From Balanoglossus misakiensis (Eukaryota > Animalia > Hemichordata), in the NCBI GenBank assembly GCA_040954595.2, contig CM082584.2, positions 2,945,344 through 3,009,343 of the forward strand: a stretch of DNA of 64,000 bases. Direction: 5' to 3'. The position numbers were made by a program, and so were the translations under genes. The notes under the pieces are model-generated. The model was given only the letters and a program-made list of their open reading frames with translations. It was not told the DNA's origin and did not search any database. Below, in pieces: positions 53,072-62,960 of the stretch. Numbering within the stretch: position 1 is the stretch's first letter; each line of letters begins with the position of its first letter.

Positions 53072-55962
53072 CTGTGAATCAAATAGACATAGAAGTTAGT
53101 AACCAGTCATAGTAGCTCTATTAAAAACCAGACTTTAATAAAAGTCGCACATACAGGTACATGTGTTATGAAATTGTAAACCAACTTCTAAAGCAATCAG
53201 AAAAAAAATTTGGGTTACCCCTAGGAATTTTCCTACCATATTTCAAAGCCATCAAAAAAGCAGTTTCAAAGAAAAACACATTTGTTCAAAAGTGGCAAAA
53301 ACACAAATATGCAAAAATCACTATAATTGTACACCATCTTACTTCAATGACTACAAGGAACATTCCTGCCAAAGTTCAAAGCAACCAGACAACGGTTTGA
53401 ACGTTTTCAGAGAAAACAGTTTTTGACAAAGATTGCATAAAATATCTCCAAATAAGACAAAGATGAAGTTTTAACCATTTTTAAGACATCTCACTTGGGT
53501 TACCCCTGGGAATCTGCCTACCAAATTGCAAAGCATTCTGACCAAAATTGGCATAATTGCTCAAAATTATAAATATGCCCATTTTACAACAATCTGAAAA
53601 AAAATATGGTAACTCGGACCACCTATAGGAAGCTTCATACTAAATTTCGAAGGAGTCGGACTATCGCTTTCAGAAGTGAAGATTTTTTTACCAATAATTT
53701 GGAAAAAGACAAAAAATTAATAAACATTAGAAAATTCATAATATTAGCTCAAAGCATACAGGACTGTATGGGGTTTATTGACATACAAGTTTTCAGATCA
53801 ATCTGACCAGTGGTTGCTGAGTTTCTGACTTTTGACCAATTTCACATTTTCACAGGTAATACTTTTGGCAATGGCAACCTCATTTGAACAAAATCCCATC
53901 TACAGCCCCGCCTTCATCTACACACTAAAAATGGAAGTGATATGCACAGCAGTTTTCATCCGTTCATCCATACATACAGATGCAAGTCATTCCATAGGGT
54001 CCCAATCGTATATATATATATACACAAACCAAATGCCATGGGACCTAAAAATTGCTACACAATTAAAATACACAAATTTTGCAACACTTTAATCAAAACT
54101 ATGGTAACTCAGATCACCTGCGAAGCTTCATACTAAATTTCAAACAAGTCAGCTGATCAATTCCAGAAAAGTAGATTTTTTACCGATAATGTGGAGACAA
54201 AAAATGTAAAACATTGGAAATTCACATAAGCTGACAACATAAAGGGCTGTGTGAGGTTACTATAAGGTACATGCATATCAATTTTCAATTTTTAAAGCAA
54301 TTTACCCAGTAGTTTTTGAGTTCCTCAGTTTTGACAAATTTGACACTTTCCCAGCTCACTTGCATATTTTGGCAATGACAACTTCATTTAGACAAACTCC
54401 CACCTACTGCCTTGCCTGCATCTCCACACTAAATATCAAGGTCACACGCCAGTAGTTTCCAAATGTTTGATGTTGATGGACATACAGACAAACAGCCATA
54501 CAGACATCCATACATACAGGTGCAACTGATCCTGTAAGGTCCCATGGTATAAATACATATACCAAACGGGACCTAATAATTTTAATAAAATGCCTTCATA
54601 GCTAGTGTAAAAACCACTTGTACCTTCAACGTGCTTGGACAACACATTTTTGTAACTTTCCCAGATCAATGGCTAATTTTTTTTTGGGGGGGGAGGGGGC
54701 GATGCAATTCTGATACATGTACTTCATGATTTAGAGATCTGGTGAAAATCCTGTCAACCGAATTACAGGGAAATCAGATTTTCCATGGAAAATCATTTTA
54801 CCAAAAAATTTCAAAAAGTGTAGAAAATAAATTTGAAACAGAAAGCCTACTCAAAATCATACCAAAATTTAAATTTTAATGCAGTTGGGCAAGCAATTTG
54901 AGAATGAAGAAACTTAGAAATAATTTATAAATTGAAAATAATTTACAAATGCTTCACACAAACTTACAATCACTACCATATTACTGTACAAGTTAAAAGG
55001 ACATTGTACCAGCAGAGACATTGCGATCGAGCAATCCCCAAGATATACATGACATGGTCTAATTACAAATATTGAATATGTAAAATAAGTACACAACACT
55101 TCCAGTCTTTCAGTACAGTCAGCTGCTTGTGAACAATTTGCAGGTAGGTATTTCATCAAATTTACAGACCAAGTCATGCCTATACAATTCTCCCCTGAAA
55201 TAAGTTTTAAGCTACCCTAAGTGAGTGATGAAAATCTCATACGGTCGACAATTTCAAGATGGCCGATTTTTGCCATGTTAAAGAAATGGGAGTTCATATG
55301 CTAAAGTGATGATGGGTAATTCTGGAACTTTTTAACAGAAAAAATAACAAAATGTGAAAAACAGTTTAATGGGTTTAATATGCTAACTACAGAGACAGAC
55401 ATGTTTGACCAAAGGAAGTCATGAAATACAGTAAACATATCATTTCTTCTATCTCTTACTACAGTTGGTTATGGACTTTCCGCCTTGAATGCAATGAGAT
55501 TTGACCCCCTAGCGCAAAGTGAAAACCTATTTAAAGCAGCCAGAATTTTCTGCATAGTATGACGGAAACATTTGTAAAGTCATGGGTAGCATGGGTTGGC
55601 AGGTTTATGGGACCCTGCTCATGTTCCCTCGAATAAAACATGATACATGTTTGGTGACTTATTATTCTGTATTTGTTGATTTTGTCATATTTTCAGATAA
55701 ATCCCTATCAATCAGTCATATTTGTTGGCCTTGCTATACAGCGAAATATAAATCTTGTTGACTGAAATTGTTGAGGATAGTGTTACATAAAGGTTACCCA
55801 TTGGAAAATATTAAAATGATTATTAGTGGTGTCCAACTCTTCATGATAACCAGTTGTGGCTTGCCACCACCATAATTTTGAAAGGGCGACTTCACTGTTT
55901 GATGGGAAAAGGTAGCCTTTACAAACAAGTTATGGAGCATGTATACAGCAAGTTGTGCTTAC

Positions 55963-56035
55963 CGGAAAGCGGTCTTGGATCAGGCCTAGGTATTCTCTCC
56001 CTCCTCCGGCATACGTTGAAATGCTGTGTTTAAGA
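55963..56035 (-). ncRNA. Exon B4 (73 nt), same sequence as B3
   Basis: 3605-bp offset duplicate. Confidence 0.66.
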
Positions 56036-56601
56036 CTGTGAATCAAATATATGCATATTAATAAGTAACCAATCAACCTTGCTTTGGAATTATGTGGGCA
56101 ATACTAAATAGTGAAAATATGCAAAACATGGTAAAATATAGGGTCAGAAAAAATATCCAGCCTGTTTGTGTCATGATTTACATTTTTCTTTCTGACCTAA
56201 ATTATTGTTTTTGTCACTTTAAACAACATTACTGTCCTTCATAAGTCTAATATGATAATAGACTTCTTAGCCAGTTTGATTAAGCATGGTGTTGGACTAG
56301 CGCATGTTCAGCCAAAGCTACAGTATCTCCCTGTGTATTGGTATGGGAGTAATTTTAGCTATATGTTTAAAGAAATGCATCCAAATTTATTCTATGCTCC
56401 ATGTGAAGATTTGAAATTGTGAGTTGTCCATTTAATTCATGTCATCACTACCATATCACAGGCAATCAAGGCCAGAATTCGAAGGGGAAAAAACAAGTAT
56501 TGAAAGCTGGAATGTGTAAATTAGTTCGTAGACATACATTGCTTCCTATTGTACCGTTTGCAACGCGTGATAAAAGCAAATATATAGCACGTCATGCTTA
56601 C

Positions 56602-56676
56602 CATTGAGCGGTCTTAAACTCGCCTCGGACGAGGAAGAGAATCCCGAGTTGAAACGCAGACATTTTCAGGCAGCAT
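56602..56676 (-). ncRNA. Exon A4 (75 nt), same sequence as A3
   Basis: 3605-bp offset duplicate. Confidence 0.66.
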
Positions 56677-56879
56677 CTGTGAATCAAATAGACATAGAAG
56701 TTAGTAACCAGTCATAGTAGCTCTGCGTAGCAGGGCTGCGTGTTAACAGCTATGCCATAGCTGACACTGGTAGCTTATAACAGTCTCGATGGTGCCAAAA
56801 ATCTCCCCAACAACAAAACTAATTCTGGTCAGTTTATTCGCTATCGCTTTGCCTTAAAAGTTATACTGTAGTGTGTTTC

Positions 56880-57300
56880 CACAGGGGGCTCTCCCTCCGC
56901 GATTTTATTGTTTGTTTGTTTGTTTGTTGTTGTTGTTGTTGTTGTTGATTGGCATTATAAACAAATACATATTTCTTTATTAATAAATATGGTTTGTTGA
57001 CATGTAAGTGTTAGGGAATATTCAACGGTTAGCATTAGTGTTGGCACTTTTTTCGATCTACGGCCCCGGGCATCACTAAGCCACGAAGAGAGGGTGATGC
57101 TGGCCGTGGATCGCAAAAATGCCAACACTAATACTAACAGTTGAATATACCATAACCTGTCAAATATACCCTAATAACCTAACCCTTACATGTCAACCAA
57201 CCATATTTATTGACAAAGAAATATGTATTTGTTTATAATGCCAATCAACAACAACAACAAACAAACACACAATAAAATTGCGGAGGGAGAGCCCCCTGTG
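56880..57300. mobile_element. 421-bp foldback MITE, CACAG termini, imperfect 7-bp TSD (P-superfamily-like)
   Basis: CACAGGGGGCTCTCCCTCCGC...GCGGAGGGAGAGCCCCCTGTG with most of the element palindromic; flanks GTGTTTC (56873-56879) and GTGTTAC (57301-57307). Confidence 0.88.
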
Positions 57301-57545
57301 GTGTTACGGTACCACCTGCCCCACAATGACAAAGCTGACTCGAGGCCACGAACGACGTACAATTTACTCGCACGGTGTAAAACAACGCATGAATTCCATG
57401 CGACTGTGAGTTTACTGTTCGGCGCTGTAACGCTTCCCAAAGTCAGAATTTCGATGTTGGGATGACACTGTCGCCCTACCACTACCAGTTTTTGCAAGAA
57501 GGAGTGTACATGTACTTGTAAAATAACATTAAATGCCATGCTTAC

Positions 57546-57660
57546 CAGAGAAACGACATCATCAAGCATGGAGGCGACCGGGACCTCCATGCTTGATGAA
57601 CGTCGAAGCTGCAATGATTTTTCAAATGCAACGGTCAGCGGGACGAGAACGAGGCAGCAC
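57546..57660 (-). ncRNA. Exon H (115 nt) with self-contained ~21-bp hairpin
   Basis: aactaat...cag|GTGCTGCC...TTTCTCTG|gtaagcatg. Perfect 15-bp inverted repeat CATCAAGCATGGAGG (57560-57574) / CCTCCATGCTTGATG (57584-57598), extended by flanking pairs. Confidence 0.62.
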
Positions 57661-60254
57661 CTGCTCGTCAATTATGCAAATTAGTTACTACTCAATCAGA
57701 ATCTTGCTTTCGCATTCTAATTAGTCAAAGTATGCAGTGCAACGTTTGTGTGCGGGTGGAGAATGCGCCTCGCCAACTGATGAATTCTCTGTCACGGCGT
57801 TCTTTGGAAGTGCGATTATGTAACCGATTATCTCATTAGGGACATAGATAATATATTTTGTCTTCTTCAATTTGTTTGTACTACGAAAACAATTGCGAAA
57901 CGAATAGCAAGCGCTTACGCTATGAAACGTAAATAAATATCAGTTATGGCCATGTAGAAACGGAACGTCAATCCGCATTTGTCAAAAAATAATAGAAAAG
58001 ACAAAGAAGCTGAGGGGAATGACCTCCGTTCTGACCTATCTGGGGAAGGCCTATTGCAATACGCAATATGTCAGATCATGCTACCATCCGCCATTCTGAT
58101 TGGACGAGAGCTCAATCCATCGATACGAAAGTACTCAATAGAGCACTGCTGAAACTGGCCCTGAACTAATCGCATGCAACAGGGAAAACGCGACCTTTCA
58201 AATCAAATAAATACAAAAAATACAGCCAATGAATTTACGGCCGGCCGGTTTATTTCTTAACTGCTCTATAGGAATTGTTGTCACTGCCATGGACCACTTC
58301 GCGGATAGCATAACACAGGGTGTTGTGGGACAGTTTGCGTTCTGAGCGCGTGCATTAGCCATGCAGTAGACGCTATGTTGAACGCAAATTATACCATCAT
58401 GCATTGCAGATACCCTATCCGCGTAGTGGTCTATGCACGATGCATGTCTTGTCAGTGCGCACTCGACAAATTGGACCGTTTCTATAAAAAATATGAACTG
58501 TGACTTTTGATTTTATTGAGAAATATCTCTCGAATTAAACCATGTAACGTAAATCAAGGAAATGTATTCTGCTAAAGTTGCTCCTGACGGGTTCGCTGAA
58601 ACATTGTGTTATTGGTAAAATACGTCAAGTGTAAAATATTGAGTTACCTAATATGATAAAATATCAGATTTATGTGTTTAATCAAGATAGGCCTCTCTTC
58701 ATATGTTTCATTTATTTGGTTTGAATAAAGGTTATCTGATTCAGTTTCATGAAGTATACACGGCTTAAATGTTTATCCACTGTAGTGCCACTGAAATGGC
58801 TTTCACGTTTGAGACTTCGGGCGGTAATCTTATATTTACTTTCTTCATTTCTATTGGAGTAGACTACACCGGGGTCGACCTAAAATATCTATAAGCAATG
58901 CGCAATGGGAGTATTTCAGCCGTGATGACCGGACGATGTCGGACAAAGTCTACAACTTAATACACGATCCCCTCCAATTTGCATATGTCCATAAATGGCT
59001 AAACTTGCGTATCCTAGTGTTCTAAAGAACAAATGGTGGCGCTCTTATTGTCGCGTGTGCCACCTCCTGAATATCTGTGATTGGCTGTATCTCAATTTGC
59101 CATGGTAACAGTAGCTAAATTTGCATAGGTTACCGTATACCTTTAAGGCACGTCAAGCGTATGTCCTTGTTGGGCTGTCTGACAGGAACGAATCGAGACC
59201 CACCGCACAGTCACGCAATGATGAAATCCACATCGCCAAAAACGATGTTTCACTAGACTCGGGTACATGCAACTATCTCATGCCATTTACAGAATTGAAC
59301 ACCCCAGGCAATGTTACGTGTTGCTCCATGACTGTTGCTCCATGACCAACCAAACAGCAAACAACAAACTCATGTCCAAACCAATGCAACTCATTGCATT
59401 AAACAATATAGATGGGGATCCCAAAGAATAATTCAAATATATTTGCAGAATTGCCACGCAAGTCGGGCATATTGTCCAAATTTAAGCACTCTGCAACTGA
59501 AACATAAAACCCAAGCTTTTTACAATACAGGAATTAAAAATTCTGATTGAATTAATGCCAACATAAAACGAAAAAAGACAACTCACAAAATGTATATGTA
59601 GTGTTTCATGTAGCGTTTTGATCTCAAGAAGATATGAAAAAATCGTCGGGGGAAAAGCAGGTGAGAACATCACCTCATTTTTGGGATATGAAATAAAAGT
59701 CTATTTTACGGAGACACGTGGTAAAAAGTCCACCCTAGTCTCAATTTTCCAGACCCCTCTGGGATAGTCGAGTAGTCCATCCCCATGAAACTGCATATTT
59801 TAAAATAGCCAAAATGAGTCAATGGGGCATTTTTTCATCCTACCTCAACCTTGCTAAGAGTTTCCGTGCCAGTCACCTGCAAAAATTAAATTTACCACGG
59901 ACAAATTGAAATACAGCCAATCGAAAAAAGTGCGCCACCACATGGTCATTTGAAGACTTTGATGCTCTCTTCTGGCCGTAACCGCATGTGATCCGGAATA
60001 AAATTGAGCCTTGATCGCGTTTTTTATTTTATTTTCACCACCAACGAAAATCTACGACGGCCCAACCGCAGATTATTGCTGCTCCATACAACAACCGGCT
60101 TATACTGTACATAAGTTTTGTGTTCTGGTGGCATTTGCGGGTCTGAGACGTCATTTCTAGAAGGCCCTATTCGTTTTATACCAATAACTTTTACCACCCA
60201 TGCTGGATTTTTTACGTTTTCTTTGACGACGCTTGACCCTTTTCTTGCTTTGTT

Positions 60255-60307
60255 GTAGTCTTGGTTACCCAGATGCCTTTGCAAAGGCGAATGGGTAACA
60301 GAGACCA
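60255..60307. mobile_element. Tiny palindromic element
   Basis: GTC...GTTACCCA / TGGGTAAC...GAC arms around the inner palindrome GCCTTTGCAAAGGC. Confidence 0.55.
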
Positions 60308-60445
60308 GCTTTGTTGTTGGTAGTTTGTTTGTTCGTAACGTCTGTAACTGGGATTCTTCACTTGTGGAATATACTGCTTATTTCTTGTGTATCTGCATTT
60401 TGTTGATGCTGTCGCTCCTCTGGCAGTGAAGCAAGGGTGCTAGCT

Positions 60446-60702
60446 GGGACTGTTCAGGATTTACTTCCGGGGGGCGGAGGATTTTCAGGAGGGACCGCCC
60501 ATTTTCTCCAAGAACAATTTAGGGAGGAATAGACATAAAAATCACAATCCTTTTGGGGGGACCATGGAAAAACCCCAGGAAATTTAAGGGGTACAACAGA
60601 TTTCCTCCACAATTTACTGGGGGTACGTCCATGGAAAAAACAATCACCAGGAAAATAAAAAATCCTCCGGCCCCACCCTGGAAGTAAAATCTGAACAGTC
60701 CC
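60446..60702. mobile_element. MITE with ~40-bp imperfect TIRs (PIF/Harbinger-like, tentative)
   Basis: GGGACTGTTCAGGATTTACTTCC...CGGAGGATTTT / AAAATCCTCCG...GGAAGTAAAATCTGAACAGTCCC; TSD not clearly preserved. Confidence 0.8.
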
Positions 60703-61695
60703 TAACTTTTGTTTGTTTGTTTGCTTGTTTATTTGTCTGTCTGTTTGTGTATTCTATATTATGTTATATGAAGCTTCTGCTACATTTTGCATTTCCTTTT
60801 GCATAAACAATGACTAAACCGACTGGAGCGCGTTTGGGCGCAGGATAGATTTGAGAGTTAATCCATCTGTGTTTACCGGCTAAAACCGTTCGATTTTTGC
60901 AACAAGTGAGACCGTAGTAGTAATCCGAAGGCCAGTCAGTGCATGTTTGCATGACTGGCGTGTAGTGATACCTACCACAAAATGGTATCGCCCAAATAAT
61001 GTTTGCCGGAATTTATAAGCCTGGCGCTCTCCTAACAAGTCGTCATGTTCGCCCTCGTAGTCATGCTGCCAGTCGGGGAAAATGACGTACTTCATGTAAA
61101 AGTTTATAAAAAATAAACCAAATTTCACTGCCATGTATCCCAAAACAATTTATGTGACAGATTTTTAAAAAGAACACTAACTTCGGCTAAGGAATGTCAA
61201 GTCATAGCTCCGCGTTCAGGTCTGTGTGTTCCCCACGCACCACAGCCCTGCATAAGGCCCCATAGACAAAACTGGTGCGCTTGCGGTCCGGACCCGGACG
61301 CCCGACCGCAGCTTTTTCTGTCGAAATTCGATTTTATCGAAGCAAAATCCTTTCCCTTATTACTTCAACCGACCCCAAATATGATGCGTTTAACTTCTTC
61401 TAACGTCCGTGTAACGCCGGGAACACACAGACCTGCACGCAGAGCTAGTCAAATCAGTGCACTGTGCAGTCGGTCGGTACACTCTGCTGGTGTATACAAA
61501 CGATCGTGGCGACAGAATCTCTCCCTGGGACGGCCTTACACAAATTTAATCGATTGTCTAACAATTTTACTGCGACTTGTTGCCACGTCTTATACATTTC
61601 GTTGACCGGTGGAATATAGAGGTTCAGTCGTCACGCTGAACTGGCTCGAAACCATTCCCCACGCTGATTCGACTCTCGCGCCCGGGATATATGTC

Positions 61696-62117
61696 TGTGG
61701 TAGCTCCATGGTAACAACCGTAAGGGGCCAGGTCATGTGATTGTGGGTTGCCTATCATTTGCTATAAGGCGCCTTCTGATTGGTTTATATTCCCACTAAA
61801 TCTCGTAGAGTTCAGCGGGATCTCCATTGAGAGTTGGTCAGATGTAGTGTGAGGCGACAGCATAAAAAACAAGTCGCCGTTCCCTACATCTGATTTTAAT
61901 CAGATTGTGGTGGCTCCATGGTAACAACCCAAGGGGCTAGGTCATGTGATTGTGGGATGCCTATCGTTTGCTATAAGGCGCCTTCTGATTGGTTTATTCG
62001 CCCAGTAAATCCCGTCGATTTCAACGGGAGCTCCAGTGAGAGTTGGTCAGATGTAGTGTGAGGCGACAGCATAAAAAAACCACGTCGCCGTTACCTACAT
62101 CTGATTTTAATCAGATT
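61696..62117. repeat. 211-bp tandem duplication, each copy ending in a hairpin
   Basis: TGTGGT.GCTCCATGGTAACAACC... at 61696 and 61907. Confidence 0.92.
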
Positions 62118-62118
62118 G

Positions 62119-62590
62119 GGGACACCCCCTCCCGAACCCACCCCCTTCATTCTTCGCCACATTTCATTTATTGGCTGGTTTGTCTAGTGTACCAGGGCAG
62201 ACTACTTGCCACCCCACCCCACCGATGCTTACTTTGAGTGGAGTGTCAACATTAAAATTTGTCCTCGCCAACATTGAGTTAATATGCCTTTGAGTTCGTT
62301 AAAATGCAACTTTGATCACCGTATTTTACAAAAAAAATTCTTATGTGGGAGGGGGACACCCCCTCCATTCTTCACCACGTTGCATTTATTCGCTGGTTTG
62401 TCTAGTGTACCAGGGCACGCTTCTTGCCACCCCATCCCCGATGCTTACTTTGAGTGCAGTGGCAAAATTAAAAAAAAATTCCTCCCTAACATTGAGTTAA
62501 TTTGCTTTTGAGTTCATTAAAATGCAACTTTGAGCACCGTATTTTACAACATTTTCTTATGTGGGAGGGGGACACCCCCTCCCACGCCCA
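62119..62590. repeat. Two ~225-bp tandem units of a dispersed repeat; an inverted copy lies at ~37630-37900
   Basis: GGGGACACCCCCTCC...GCTGGTTTGTCTAGTGTACCAGGGCA...AAAATGCAACTTTGA twice; reverse complement GGTACAATAGACAAACCAGCCAA...TCAAAGTTGCATTTT near 37633-37830. Confidence 0.8.
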
Positions 62591-62789
62591 ACCCCGACAC
62601 TTTTCTTGTTTTACCAATCCTACCAACTATTGTATTGACTTGTCATTTTAATTTATTCATAGATTTCTTTATTGCAATGATATACTATTATATACTTCAA
62701 TTACTTTAAGAAAATTATAATTGACGTGTTGAGGAGCCTCATTCCCTTTATTGCATACAGTGTACATAGGATCATGACGGCGAATGTTT

Positions 62790-62960
62790 TCGGAGAGGGG
62801 GGGGGTCATCATATTGTTAGGCCTGTCAAGGGGGGGGGGGGTCGTCGTTTTTTTGGTCCTGGGTGAAGGGGGGGGGGGGGGTTGGCCTGATTTTGAAAAC
62901 CGATGACACAAACTTGCCAACCCCCCCCCCCCCCCAGCCGTAAAAACTGAACGGTCCCTT
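62790..62960. mobile_element. One-ended MITE fragment with G/C runs
   Basis: Ends CCGTAAAAACTGAACGGTCCCT, resembling the TIR of the 60446-60702 MITE; no matching left TIR seen. Confidence 0.5.

Larger units (their letters stand above)
49516..56724. repeat. Recent near-identical 3.6-kb tandem duplication (49516-53119 / 53120-56724)
   Basis: Identical ORF-track peptides at offset 3604-3605; junction ...CATAGTAGCTCT|ATTAAAAACCAGAC; very few differences. Confidence 0.96.
41583..57660 (-). ncRNA. Putative spliced non-coding hairpin-RNA gene: exons H 57546-57660, A4 56602-56676, B4 55963-56035, A3 52997-53071, B3 52358-52430, A2 49259-49333, B2 48002-48074, A1 42198-42282, B1 41583-41684 (ends of transcript unknown)
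   Basis: Every exon has a CAG| acceptor and a G|GTAA(G/C)C donor on the minus strand, A exons have TACTAAC branch points, and flanks are paralogous. The A+B unit is 148 nt (187 nt in pair 1), so it is not frame-preserving. A and B exons are mutually complementary. Confidence 0.7.

Noticed and set aside
41583-56676. A/B exons as a protein-coding repeat gene
   Set aside because: Unit lengths are not multiples of three, paralogous exons are open in different frames, and stops are reached within one or two units.
57670-59130. Octamer (ATTTGCAT), CCAAT and X-box-like motifs as the promoter of the hairpin gene
   Set aside because: The octamer at ~57674 lies in sequence homologous to the other acceptor regions. 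The other motifs are short and common in local repeats, and no TSS can be assigned from sequence.
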